Source of the DNA: Bacteroidota bacterium
Lineage (GTDB): Bacteria; Bacteroidota; Bacteroidia; Chitinophagales; Chitinophagaceae
NCBI GenBank assembly: GCA_020161535.1
Contig: JAIUNW010000008.1
Location: 73,908-137,907, forward strand
Length of the DNA stretch: 64,000 nt
Reading direction: 5' to 3'
Under the pieces are notes generated by a model, which ran no database searches, had not been told where the DNA came from, and worked only from the letters and a program-made list of their open reading frames with translations. Numbering within the stretch: the first letter of the stretch is position 1; the number at the start of each line of letters is the position of its first letter. Positions 46,609 to 56,728 of the stretch are shown here, in pieces. The position numbers and the translations under genes were made by a program.

Positions 46609-47913
46609 ATGGAACGATTGCAATTCACTACAGAAATCGATGCACCTGTGTCGTTGGTAGAAGAAGCGATGCTCGGTAAATTCAGTTACCCCCTTTGGAC
46701 GGCTGCATTCAACGGCACCTCTACCTATGAAGGCGGTTGGAACAAGGGTGATACGATCAAGTTTATTGGTGTTAACAAAGAAGGTAAAAAAGAAGGCCTG
46801 GCAGGAACCATTAAAGAAAGAATTCCAGGTGAACTGGTAGAGATTCAATACTATGGCTTATTGGATGGCGACACCATTATTACAGAAGGCGCGGCTGTTG
46901 AAGACTGGTCGGGACTGGAGATATATCGGTTTGCTGCTGTAAATGGGAAAACAACATTGACCGTGTTGTTGGATGTGAACGAGCAGTACAAAGACTATTT
47001 CAACAAATCATGGCCCGAAGCCCTGGCTATATTAAAACAATACACAGAACAAAAAGCGATTCATCGTCCCTATCCCTGTTTTTGGTTTAATGGTGAGAAA
47101 AAAGCGCAGGAAGCGGCGGAAATGTATTGCGCTCTTTTTGCGGGAAGCTCCCTGAGATCATCCGGTTCCCTGGTTACCCATTTTGAAATAGGCGGACTAC
47201 CCGTTATGTTACTGGATGCAGGTCCAATGTTCAGACCGAATCCCACGATTTCCTTGTACGCAACATTCGAAAAGAAAGAAGAGATCGATCGGGCCTGGTC
47301 TGCTTTCGCTGCTGAAGGAAAAGTATTGATGCCATTACAACAATACGAGTGGAGTTCCTATTACGGTTGGGTGGAAGACAGGTTTGGTATCAACTGGCAA
47401 CTCACCCTTGGAAAGATAGCCGATGTGGGTCAACAGGTGGTTCCCCTGCTCATGTTTTGTGGCGCGCAGCAGAATAAGGCCGAAGCGGCGATTGATTATT
47501 ATACCCATATTTTTAGAGACGCAGAGAAGTTGTTTGACATGCGATACCAACCGGGTCAAGCGAAAACAAACGCAACCATTGTGCATGCAAGATACCGGTT
47601 GGGAAATACTTTGTTTATGGCGATGGACAGCGGCGTGCCGCAGCCATTCAGTTTTAACCAGGGTGTTTCATTGGTGATTTCCTGTGACACGCAAGCGGAG
47701 ATCGACTACTATTGGCAGGAATTCAGCAGCAAGGGTGAAGAAAGCCAATGTGGTTGGTGTGCCGATCAATTTGGGGTATGGTGGCAGGTGGTGCCAACCA
47801 TATTGGGTGAGTTGATGGCAGATCCCGCTACCAGCCAGGCGGTGATGAATGCCTTTATGAAGATGAAGAAATTTGAAATAGACGTTCTGCTGCGTGCGGC
47901 AAATCGGAAATGA
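46609..47913 (+). CDS. Fusion protein: SRPBCC (AHSA1-like) domain plus two VOC/PhnB-like domains
   Basis: The N-terminal ~150 aa are SRPBCC-like. Two repeats follow, beginning PCFWFNGEKKAQEAAEMY and LLMFCGAQQNKAEAAIDYY and ending CGWCADQFGVWWQV, as in PhnB / 3-demethylubiquinone methyltransferase-like VOC proteins. Confidence 0.65.
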   Translation: MERLQFTTEIDAPVSLVEEAMLGKFSYPLWTAAFNGTSTYEGGWNKGDTIKFIGVNKEGKKEGLAGTIKERIPGELVEIQYYGLLDGDTIITEGAAVEDWSGLEIYRFAAVNGKTTLTVLLDVNEQYKDYFNKSWPEALAILKQYTEQKAIHRPYPCFWFNGEKKAQEAAEMYCALFAGSSLRSSGSLVTHFEIGGLPVMLLDAGPMFRPNPTISLYATFEKKEEIDRAWSAFAAEGKVLMPLQQYEWSSYYGWVEDRFGINWQLTLGKIADVGQQVVPLLMFCGAQQNKAEAAIDYYTHIFRDAEKLFDMRYQPGQAKTNATIVHARYRLGNTLFMAMDSGVPQPFSFNQGVSLVISCDTQAEIDYYWQEFSSKGEESQCGWCADQFGVWWQVVPTILGELMADPATSQAVMNAFMKMKKFEIDVLLRAANRK

Positions 47914-47975
47914 AAACCAGCCAACACACACACAATGATGATGTGTTTGGCTAATTTTGGCGCAAAGCAAACGGA

Positions 47976-48815
47976 ATGGATATTATTGCAGAAAAGCAGA
48001 TAGATATTACCAATGTAAAATTGATTGCAACAGATATGGACGGTACGCTGTTGAATGGAGAGAAAGAACTTCCGCCCGATTTTTATCAGGTGTTTCAGCA
48101 AATTCACGCCCAGGGTATTTTGTTTGCAGCTGCCAGCGGGCGACAGTTCTTTAACCTGCAGCAAGAATTTGAACCCATCAAAGATGATATACTGTTTATT
48201 GCTGAGAACGGCAGTTATGTACGGTATAAAAACGAAGACCTATGGGTACAGGACCTGCCGGAGAACAGTGTAGCTGAATTGATTCAAATCGCCAGAACGA
48301 TCCCCAACGCACATATTATTTTATGTGGCAAGAAACGCGCTTATTTAGAAGACCATACACCGGCCTTTCTTGAACAGGTCAATATGTACTATCGGGAAAA
48401 AGCGTTTGTGAAAGACCTTACCCAGGTTACCGGCGACCAGTTTTTGAAAATTGCGATCTGTGACCTGAATGGTGCAGAGCACAATAGCTATACTTATTTT
48501 AAATCGTTGCAACATCAATTTCAGGTGAAGGTTTCGGGTAAAATCTGGTTGGATCTTTCACACAAAGATGCCCATAAAGGCCGGGCCATACAAATCATAC
48601 AAGAACGATTTCAGATTGGGTTCAATGAAACCATGGTATTCGGCGATTATCTGAACGACCTGGAAATGATGCGAGAGGCCTACTTCAGCTATGCGGTTGA
48701 AAATGCACACCCCGACATTAAACAAGCGTCTAATTTTGTGACAGCGTCGAACGATGAAGGTGGGGTAACGAAGGTGCTGGATCGGCTGTTGGCTGCGCGC
48801 CAACGCAACCCCTAA
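47976..48815 (+). CDS. Cof-type HAD-IIB phosphatase
   Basis: LIATDMDGTLL motif I, a cap domain, and FGDYLNDLEM motif IV. Confidence 0.85.
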   Translation: MDIIAEKQIDITNVKLIATDMDGTLLNGEKELPPDFYQVFQQIHAQGILFAAASGRQFFNLQQEFEPIKDDILFIAENGSYVRYKNEDLWVQDLPENSVAELIQIARTIPNAHIILCGKKRAYLEDHTPAFLEQVNMYYREKAFVKDLTQVTGDQFLKIAICDLNGAEHNSYTYFKSLQHQFQVKVSGKIWLDLSHKDAHKGRAIQIIQERFQIGFNETMVFGDYLNDLEMMREAYFSYAVENAHPDIKQASNFVTASNDEGGVTKVLDRLLAARQRNP

Positions 48816-48848
48816 CATGTAAAAGCGTTTTTAAAAATTGAATGAGCC

Positions 48849-50234
48849 ATGAAGCATTTGTTATTTATCGTTCTTTTTTTTTGTTACCGGCATGTTGGTC
48901 ATGCGCAGGAAGACCATGGGCTGCTGGTCATATCACCGAATGGTCATTACATTCAATATGCAGACGGAACGCCGTTCTTTTGGCTGGGTGATACAGGCTG
49001 GGAATTGTTTCACCGCCTTAACCTGAAAGAGATTACGCAATATCTTGACAATAGGCAGCGCAAAGGCTTTAACGTAATCCAGGCAGTAATCATCGCTGAG
49101 CTCGACGGTGTTGGTGCTGCCAACCGGTACGGCGAATATCCACTTCTTAACGATGATCCCGATAAGCCCAATGAAAAATATTTTAAACTCGTCGATACCG
49201 TGCTGGCAATGGCGGCAAAAAGAGGACTCATCATGGCGCTGTTGCCGGCATGGGGCGACAAAATAACCCTCAAATATGGCGGCAATGGCCCGGTGATTTT
49301 TGATACAGCCAGTGCGTTTCGCTTTGGTAAGTTTCTGGGAAACCGATATCGAAATGCACGCAATATTGTTTGGGTGTTGGGCGGTGATCGCCCGCCGCAA
49401 GACGATAAAGACGATTGGAAACCGGTATACGCCGCGATGGCAAAGGGTCTTGACGATGGAGCTGGTAAACATTTTTTGACAAGCTTTCATCCGGGTGGTT
49501 ATGTGTGGGAAAGTTCAGTGTACCTGCACCAGCAACCCTGGCTTGATTTCAATATGATTCAGTCGGGGCATGCAGAACTCGACCAACCGGTGTGGAAAAA
49601 CCTGTGGCGGGATTGGCACTTGCATCCAACCAAACCCGTGCTGGATGCCGAACCTTGTTACGAAGATCATCCCATTGATCCCTGGCCCACCTGGAATCCA
49701 GCCAACGGTTATTTCAGCGCCTACGATGTTCGCCGGCAATTATATCGCTCCGTTTTTTCAGGCGGGTTTGGTGTTACATATGGCAATCATGCGGTGTGGC
49801 AGTTTTACAACCCTTCGGTGGAAAAGATAAATTATGTGAACAGGTATTGGTATGATGCTCTTGACCGACCCGGTGCTGTTCAGGCAGGCTACTTGCGTAA
49901 ACTAATTGAATCCAGGCCCTTTCTGCATCGCGTGCCAGATACTTCTATCATTGTTAAAGGGCAGGGGGGCAAAGCCGATTATATCACCGCGTTCAGGGAC
50001 AGTGTTGGAAGATACATGATGGTCTATATCCCCGAAGGGAAAACCATAACAGTCAACACTTCCTGTATAAAATCAGAAAAAATAAAGACCACCTGGTTTG
50101 ATCCCAAAACAGGCAAAACAGGAAAAAGCAGTCTGCTTTCCAATCAACAACAAATGGTCTTTACTACACCCGTACTTGGAAAAGGCAACGATTGGGTGTT
50201 AATTGTCGACGATGCGAATGAAAAATTTCGGTAG
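48849..50234 (+). CDS. DUF4038 / GH140-like glycoside hydrolase
   Basis: Signal peptide, PFFWLGDTGWELFHRL, a TIM-barrel-like core, and a C-terminal beta-sandwich. Confidence 0.65.
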   Translation: MKHLLFIVLFFCYRHVGHAQEDHGLLVISPNGHYIQYADGTPFFWLGDTGWELFHRLNLKEITQYLDNRQRKGFNVIQAVIIAELDGVGAANRYGEYPLLNDDPDKPNEKYFKLVDTVLAMAAKRGLIMALLPAWGDKITLKYGGNGPVIFDTASAFRFGKFLGNRYRNARNIVWVLGGDRPPQDDKDDWKPVYAAMAKGLDDGAGKHFLTSFHPGGYVWESSVYLHQQPWLDFNMIQSGHAELDQPVWKNLWRDWHLHPTKPVLDAEPCYEDHPIDPWPTWNPANGYFSAYDVRRQLYRSVFSGGFGVTYGNHAVWQFYNPSVEKINYVNRYWYDALDRPGAVQAGYLRKLIESRPFLHRVPDTSIIVKGQGGKADYITAFRDSVGRYMMVYIPEGKTITVNTSCIKSEKIKTTWFDPKTGKTGKSSLLSNQQQMVFTTPVLGKGNDWVLIVDDANEKFR

Positions 50235-50253
50235 CATTGGCGACGCTCATTTT

Positions 50254-52608
50254 TTACTTCAACGTTTCTTCAAACAATTTAAAGATCCGTTTATATTCAT
50301 CCGTCCAACTACTCGGTTCAACAAAGCCGTGGTCTTCCATCGGATAGGCCGCCAATTCCCAATTGTCTTTTTTCAATTCAATCAGGCGCTGTTGCAGACG
50401 AACCACGTCTTCGAAATGAACATTCACATCAACCATGCCATGACAAATAAGCAACCGGTCTTTTAACCCTGCTGCATGATAAATAGGTGAGCTGCGACGA
50501 TAAGCGATACTATCGTTAACTGGCTCGTTGAGAATATTGGCTGTGTACCCATGGTTGTAATGCGCCCAGTCGGTAACGGGTCTTAGAGCTGCACCCGCGG
50601 CGAATGTGCCGGGACTGGTAAACAGTGCCATCAGGGTGATAAATCCGCCATAAGAACCACCATACACACCAATATGTTTTGGGTCAACGCCGTATTTGTC
50701 GACCAGTAGTTTGGCGCCGTCGATATTATCAGTGAGGTCTTTGCCGCCCATGAAGCGATAGATGCCCGTGCGCCAATCGCGGCCGTATCCGGCACTGGCG
50801 CGATAGTCGATGTCGAGCACGGTATACCCTGCATCGGCCAGCAGGTTGTGAAACATGTATTCGCGAAAATAACTGCTCCACCATTTGTGTGCGTTTTGCA
50901 AATAGCCCGCACCGTGAACAAAAATCACGGCGGGATGTGAAGCGTGCGCATTGGCAGGGCGATACAATCTTGCATAGACATTGGCACCATCGCGGGCGGT
51001 GAAATTGATCAGTTCCGGTTCGCGCCAGGGATAAGCGGCGAAATCGGGCGAAATGGCTTTATCCGTTAACTGACTTGCTTTCGCTGCCACTTTATTGTCT
51101 TGCAGGTACAATTCCCAGGGCTTATTGCTATATGAATAAAGAATGGCAATTTTCTTTTCATCGGGCGATAGCACGGCCTGGTTGGCACCAGTCATGCTGC
51201 TAAGTTGCTCCATGATGCCACCGGTTACGGATAACCGATAAAAATGTTTTTCTCCCGGGTGAGTTTTGTTGCTGGTGAGATAGAAATATTTTTTGTCGCC
51301 CGATACTTGCACCGACTGAATCTCAAAATTGCCGCTGGTCAGCGCCTTCGTTTCATGGTTGATAACATCGGTTGTATATACATGTGAGTAGCCGGTTTTT
51401 TCCGATTGATACCAAAACTGACGGTCGTTGATCCAACCCGAATTATTGCCGTCGAACCAACCGGTGCCCGGGCCACCGATCCAGGCATTGTCGTGCTGCC
51501 GGTCGATCAACGCTAATTTTCCGGTCGAGTCGAGCAGCATCAGCCAACGGTCTTTGTTGTCGACCGCACAAATATCCACCACAGCATATGTGCCGGTGGG
51601 TGCCCAACTGATGCCACTGAAACTAACTTGTCGAACAGGTGGTTTCTTGATGTCCGCCGCAAATTTGACCGGGTAATCGCTCACATAATCAGGCAGGTCG
51701 CGAATGCCAGGAATGGAATCCGTTTTTATACTGTACACCGTGTCTTTGCGGCGATCAAACAAAAACAATTCCTGCACACCCATGGGCGCACCTACTTTGG
51801 TGCGCGCTGGAATGTTTTCAGTGAAACCTGATTCGGTTACATACGCCGGTACAATGGTTGATTTTGCATTGGCAGGTACTTTAAACAAACGGTAACTAAT
51901 GAATCGACCATCGTTGCTGATGCCAAAACCATTTACGTTTTTATCGTCGGTGTAAATGGTACGAAGCGACTTCGGCTCCTGCTTTTTGTTCATGGAGTCG
52001 GTTGCCTCTTTTTTGCGCTTGCGTTCACTGAGTATATCGAAAAGCGCGAGTTGATCTTCCTTCAACCATTTTTCCTGGTCGTTGTCTTTTTTAGCCACTG
52101 CTGGTGCGGTGCCCCGCTGGATATTGGTTAACTGTATGGTAGCACCGGTAGCGATATCCCATGCATAAAGATTTTGCTGGCGCACAAATACCAACCGGGT
52201 ATCATTAAATGCGAAACCGGGCTGCGACTCGCGATCGGTTGTTTCGGTGACGCGAATGGCCGCTGTTTTTTTGGTATCCCGATACCAAACATCATCGTTT
52301 AATATATACACATAAGCGGTTCGGCTTTTATTGAATTCGATGTCGGCGTAATTTACCAGACCTTGTCGTTCAGTCGGGCTAACTTTCTGCGGTTTGCCGG
52401 CGGCATTGATGTAATAAAGCGAATCGGAAATCGCTTTCTCTGGATTCCAATTGAAATAGAGTTTGTTGTCGATTCCCCAAAAAGGATTGCTGGGCGAACT
52501 ACCCATCCATTTGGGATCGCGCATAATGTAACCGACGGTGAGTTTCGGTGTTTGCGCTGCTGCGATGCCGGCGGCAAAAAGCAATAGCAGGCTGTAGATA
52601 TATTTCAT
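50254..52608 (-). CDS. S9-family serine peptidase (DPP-IV/prolyl oligopeptidase-like)
   Basis: N-terminal beta-propeller region, nucleophile motif GGSYGG, and catalytic His context MEDHGF. Confidence 0.85.
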   Translation of the reverse strand: MKYIYSLLLLFAAGIAAAQTPKLTVGYIMRDPKWMGSSPSNPFWGIDNKLYFNWNPEKAISDSLYYINAAGKPQKVSPTERQGLVNYADIEFNKSRTAYVYILNDDVWYRDTKKTAAIRVTETTDRESQPGFAFNDTRLVFVRQQNLYAWDIATGATIQLTNIQRGTAPAVAKKDNDQEKWLKEDQLALFDILSERKRKKEATDSMNKKQEPKSLRTIYTDDKNVNGFGISNDGRFISYRLFKVPANAKSTIVPAYVTESGFTENIPARTKVGAPMGVQELFLFDRRKDTVYSIKTDSIPGIRDLPDYVSDYPVKFAADIKKPPVRQVSFSGISWAPTGTYAVVDICAVDNKDRWLMLLDSTGKLALIDRQHDNAWIGGPGTGWFDGNNSGWINDRQFWYQSEKTGYSHVYTTDVINHETKALTSGNFEIQSVQVSGDKKYFYLTSNKTHPGEKHFYRLSVTGGIMEQLSSMTGANQAVLSPDEKKIAILYSYSNKPWELYLQDNKVAAKASQLTDKAISPDFAAYPWREPELINFTARDGANVYARLYRPANAHASHPAVIFVHGAGYLQNAHKWWSSYFREYMFHNLLADAGYTVLDIDYRASAGYGRDWRTGIYRFMGGKDLTDNIDGAKLLVDKYGVDPKHIGVYGGSYGGFITLMALFTSPGTFAAGAALRPVTDWAHYNHGYTANILNEPVNDSIAYRRSSPIYHAAGLKDRLLICHGMVDVNVHFEDVVRLQQRLIELKKDNWELAAYPMEDHGFVEPSSWTDEYKRIFKLFEETLK

Positions 52609-52609
52609 G

Positions 52610-54001
52610 TTACAATAAAATTCCTTCGAGGAAAATATAGGCGACGGAAAAATAAATGATCAATCCAGTTACATCTACCAGCGTAGCAACAAAGGGGGCA
52701 GATGAAACAGCCGGATCGGCGCCGGCTCTTTTCAATACGATTGGCAACATAGAGCCACTGAGTGTTCCCCACAATACCACACCCACCAGCGAACAGCCAA
52801 CGGTGATGCCTATCTGCACATAATGCGGACCGTACACAGCCGGAAAAACCTGCGACCAAATGATTACCCTGAAAAAACCGATGATACCCAACACGGAACC
52901 CAGTAACAAGCCCGAGATGATTTCACGACGCAATACCCGCCACCAGTCGCTGATGGTGATTTCACCCAGTGCCATGGCCTGGATAATCAGGGTAGAAGCC
53001 TGGCTGCCACTGTTGCCCCCGCTTGAAATGATCAATGGTACAAACAAAGCGAGTACAACCGCACGCGCAATTTCATCTTCAAAATAGCCCATAGCCGTTG
53101 CCGTTAGCATTTCACCCAGAAAAAGCACCACCATCCAAACTATTCGTTTTTTGAACAATTTGAAGATGGGCATTTCAAGATATGGTTCGTCGAGTGCTTC
53201 GGTACCACCTATTCGCTGGATGTCTTCACTGAACTCTTCGTTGGCGACCCACAACACGTCATCGATCGTTACAATGCCAAGCAAGATATTGTGGTCGTCG
53301 AGCACTGGAAGCGCCATGCGGTTGTTCATTTTGAAAACCTGGTTGGCTGATTCCTGGTCGTCGGTTACTTTGAGCGCGATATACCGGTAGTCGATCAGTT
53401 CATTTACTTTTTTATCGGGGTCAGCAAGAATGACTTCCCTGATACGCATGTCGTCGATGAACTCACCTTTGTCGTTCACTACATAAATGACATCGATGGT
53501 TTCACTGTCTTTTCCATGGTCGCGGATATGTTGCAATACACGCGTCATAGTCCAGTCTGCATTCACTGCAATATAATCTGGGGTCATCAGCCTGCCCACA
53601 CTGCCTTCGGGATAACCAAGCAGAGAAAGCGTGATGCGCCGTTCTTCGGGGTCAAGGGTTTTGATCAGTTCTTTTACGACCTCACTGGGCAATTCTTCCA
53701 AAAAAGCAGTACGGTCATCGGCCGGCAGCTCATTCAGCAACTCTGCCGTTTTCAGCGGCGGGAGTTCCTGGATAATTTCTTTCTGTACCGACAGATCAAG
53801 AATTTTGAATACGCTCGATGCCCGGTGGGTACTCATATTGCCGATGATCTGGCTGGCGTACTCGTCATTTTCGTTCACCAGTTCAGCCACATCGCTGATG
53901 TTCTGGTTGTTCAGGAATTCACGTATGCGAATTTTGTCTTCCTGGTGGATGATGGCATCAAATTGTTCCTGAATAGAGAGCGTTTCCAGTTCTTCCGGCA
54001 T
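52610..54001 (-). CDS. mgtE: Magnesium transporter MgtE
   Basis: N domain, tandem CBS domains, and a C-terminal 5-TM domain (SSGGNSGSQ). Confidence 0.9.
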   Translation of the reverse strand: MPEELETLSIQEQFDAIIHQEDKIRIREFLNNQNISDVAELVNENDEYASQIIGNMSTHRASSVFKILDLSVQKEIIQELPPLKTAELLNELPADDRTAFLEELPSEVVKELIKTLDPEERRITLSLLGYPEGSVGRLMTPDYIAVNADWTMTRVLQHIRDHGKDSETIDVIYVVNDKGEFIDDMRIREVILADPDKKVNELIDYRYIALKVTDDQESANQVFKMNNRMALPVLDDHNILLGIVTIDDVLWVANEEFSEDIQRIGGTEALDEPYLEMPIFKLFKKRIVWMVVLFLGEMLTATAMGYFEDEIARAVVLALFVPLIISSGGNSGSQASTLIIQAMALGEITISDWWRVLRREIISGLLLGSVLGIIGFFRVIIWSQVFPAVYGPHYVQIGITVGCSLVGVVLWGTLSGSMLPIVLKRAGADPAVSSAPFVATLVDVTGLIIYFSVAYIFLEGILL

Positions 54002-54036
54002 GCGTCAAATGTACAGCCTCAAGCCTATATTGCAGT

Positions 54037-54420
54037 ATGATTTTGCCTTGTCTGGTAATAGGGCCAACGCCTTCGATGGGTCGGGGGGTGTACAGCAGCG
54101 AATTTATTGCCGCCGGAACCGTGGTAGAACAAAGCCCGGTGCTGGTGATGACAGCCGAAGAACGCGCCTTGCTCGACCAGACCCGCTTACATGATTATAT
54201 TTTCGAATGGGGGCATGATCGGCGTCAATGCTGTATGGCCCTCGGTTATATTCCTGTTTACAATCATTCGTATCGCAGCAATTGCGAGTATGAGATGGAT
54301 TTTGATGCTGTCACGATGAAAGTGACAACGGTGCGGGATATTGATGCTGGTGAAGAGTTGTTCATCAACTACAATGGCGATTGGGACGATGAAACACCGC
54401 TTTGGTTTGCCGCGCATTAA
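54037..54420 (+). CDS. SET-domain protein (putative lysine methyltransferase), 127 aa
   Basis: YNHSYRSNCEY (NHS motif) and GEELFINY (ELxF/Y motif). Confidence 0.75.
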   Translation: MILPCLVIGPTPSMGRGVYSSEFIAAGTVVEQSPVLVMTAEERALLDQTRLHDYIFEWGHDRRQCCMALGYIPVYNHSYRSNCEYEMDFDAVTMKVTTVRDIDAGEELFINYNGDWDDETPLWFAAH

Positions 54421-55832
54421 AAACCTGGCACCTGGCTGATGAGCAGGCTGATATTGCCGCCTACCGTTGCCTGCACCTGTATATTGTCTTTGTTAATGAC
54501 CAGGCCGTTCAATCGAAGTCGTTCGGTATAACCTTTCAGGTTGATGCCGGTACTGATGGTTCGGTTCAACTGTGCATCAATTTTTGCTTTGTTTTTAAAG
54601 TAGAGTTCACTCACATCTACTTTTGCCTGTTGGCGCAGGTTATCGAGTATGCGTTGGTTGAAGAAGGTTTTGCCGATCTGCAAAACCAGGCTCGACGAAT
54701 TAAGGTCGAATTCGAGGTCGGGCACTGTAATGGTTTGCTGGTAAAGGTCTAGTTGGGGCGTACCGCGCAAAACGAGTGTGCCGCGTGTTGAACCGGTGAA
54801 AAACAATTTAAATTCCACCCGATAATTATCGAGTCCGCGAACTTCTACCTGCCTGACTTTTATTTTTTCGCCTTTCACGTCAAACTCGCGGTTTCGCAAA
54901 GTGCGGGTAAGCAAAGTGTCGATGCTGGTATAATCATACACCGCATTGGTGCTGATGCTGAAACCGGTTCCCGAACTGGCATTGCCCAGGGGCGGTAGGG
55001 CAGTAGTGAGGGAATGGTTGACGCTATCAGAACTAATTTCAGGATAACAACCAACGGCGGCGGTAAACCGAAGTGTATCGCTGCTGAAATTGATAAGACC
55101 CAAATTTATTGCATTGGCATTCAGTTTCATGAAACCATAGCTGCCCAAAGGAATTTTTTTGCCGATTTTTTCGCCCAGTGGCTGCAAGTACTTGTCGAAA
55201 TTCAGGTTGTTGACCACTGCGTCAATATTTTTTCCGTAAAAATTGACGGAGGCTGCGATGCTATCGATCACCTGCTGGGTAACATCATTTTTAAATACCG
55301 TTACCAGGCATTTATCAACCGGTTCAACACTTGACACAGCGGTGGTCGTTTGCAACCGATAATTCGGCAGAAAACGCAATTGGCTATTGAGGCTAATATT
55401 GACGCGCCGCATTTTTTCTGGTGCAAATCCGCAACTGCCGTTCACCCAAGGCGACACTGCTTGATTCAGCACACAAACCGATTGGCTGCCCGCAATCTGG
55501 TATTCACCGTTCATGGTGACCATTACTTGGTTGTTCACACATGAGAATTGAAATACAGAACGCAGAAAGCGGTATTTGTATCGGAAATCACAACTGCTCA
55601 CCAGGTAGGCCGGCCAGCCGGTACTGGTTATTTCACGCGGCGCCATTTTTTCTGCCTGCAAGAGAAAGGGTTTTATGGCCACTTTAACGGGGATGTTCAG
55701 GGTAGAGGCGGGCAGGGCTGGCAGGCGCTTAACCAAAGCTGCCGGCTGGGCAGATTGGGTTGTTTTTTTGCTGCCGCCACAAGCGGTAAGCAACAAAACC
55801 GGTATCAGTATTTTCAGGTACGACCAATGCAT
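54417..55832 (-). CDS. Lipoprotein of unknown function (DUF4403-like)
   Basis: Lipobox LLTACGGS. 471 aa. The family name is recalled, not verified. Confidence 0.5.
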   Translation of the reverse strand: MHWSYLKILIPVLLLTACGGSKKTTQSAQPAALVKRLPALPASTLNIPVKVAIKPFLLQAEKMAPREITSTGWPAYLVSSCDFRYKYRFLRSVFQFSCVNNQVMVTMNGEYQIAGSQSVCVLNQAVSPWVNGSCGFAPEKMRRVNISLNSQLRFLPNYRLQTTTAVSSVEPVDKCLVTVFKNDVTQQVIDSIAASVNFYGKNIDAVVNNLNFDKYLQPLGEKIGKKIPLGSYGFMKLNANAINLGLINFSSDTLRFTAAVGCYPEISSDSVNHSLTTALPPLGNASSGTGFSISTNAVYDYTSIDTLLTRTLRNREFDVKGEKIKVRQVEVRGLDNYRVEFKLFFTGSTRGTLVLRGTPQLDLYQQTITVPDLEFDLNSSSLVLQIGKTFFNQRILDNLRQQAKVDVSELYFKNKAKIDAQLNRTISTGINLKGYTERLRLNGLVINKDNIQVQATVGGNISLLISQVPGF

Positions 55833-55841
55833 CGGGTGGAA

Positions 55842-56723
55842 TTAGCGGGTAAGGATCTCCGTTACATGTTTTTTAATATTGTCAGTGATCTTATCAGTGG
55901 GCACATCGTTCGGATCTCCACCAAATGGATCTTCTATTTCTTCGGCGATCAGTTCAAGGCTGATCAGCACATAGGCGATAAAAGTGACCACCGGAATCAC
56001 GAGGTAATTCAAACTGAACACATAACCGATGGGCAGGGTGGTTACATACACGAAAACAAATTTCTTAATAAATACGCTGTAAGAATAAGGGATAGGGGTG
56101 TTTTTGATGCGCTCACAAGCGCCGCAGATATCGGTGAAACTCAGCAGCTCATTGTTTAAGAAAAGCAACTGTTCGCCGCTGATCTTGTTCTGCCGATACA
56201 GGTCATTTGCTCTTTTCATGATCAGGGTAGCTACCTGGTTCGGTTGGTGTTGGCTGTGGTCGATATTGAGTTCGGGATGGTCAATGCTATCGAGTGCGAG
56301 CCTGGTTTTTTCAGAGCGCAAATGGTCGCGTAAGATGGCTGCATACAAAGGAATCGCCTTCCGGAAAAAATTGCGGTTCACTTCATCGTCGGGCGGTAGA
56401 AACGCATCCAGCTTAATGGCCAGGTTACGCGCATTATTGGTGAGTGATCCCCATAATTTTCGGCCTTCCCACCAACGGTCGTAAGCGGTATTGGTACGAA
56501 AAACCAGCAGCATGGAAATGGCAAAGCCGAGCAGGTTGTGCATCAGCGTAATGTTTTTCCAAATACTGTTTTGCGACAGTTTCAGCCATTCCACTTCAAT
56601 AACAGCCACCAATCCCGAATAAAAGGCAATGGCCAGGAGCAAGGGCCACAATTGTCGAAAAGTGTCGGCCCGGTGGAACCTGAAAATAACCGAGAACCAG
56701 TCTTTTGGATTATAGCTGATCAT
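55842..56723 (-). CDS. Bestrophin-family (UPF0187/YneE) anion channel
   Basis: FRTNTAYDRWWEGRKLWG motif and 4 TM helices. 293 aa. Confidence 0.75.
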   Translation of the reverse strand: MISYNPKDWFSVIFRFHRADTFRQLWPLLLAIAFYSGLVAVIEVEWLKLSQNSIWKNITLMHNLLGFAISMLLVFRTNTAYDRWWEGRKLWGSLTNNARNLAIKLDAFLPPDDEVNRNFFRKAIPLYAAILRDHLRSEKTRLALDSIDHPELNIDHSQHQPNQVATLIMKRANDLYRQNKISGEQLLFLNNELLSFTDICGACERIKNTPIPYSYSVFIKKFVFVYVTTLPIGYVFSLNYLVIPVVTFIAYVLISLELIAEEIEDPFGGDPNDVPTDKITDNIKKHVTEILTR

Positions 56724-56728
56724 ATAGC

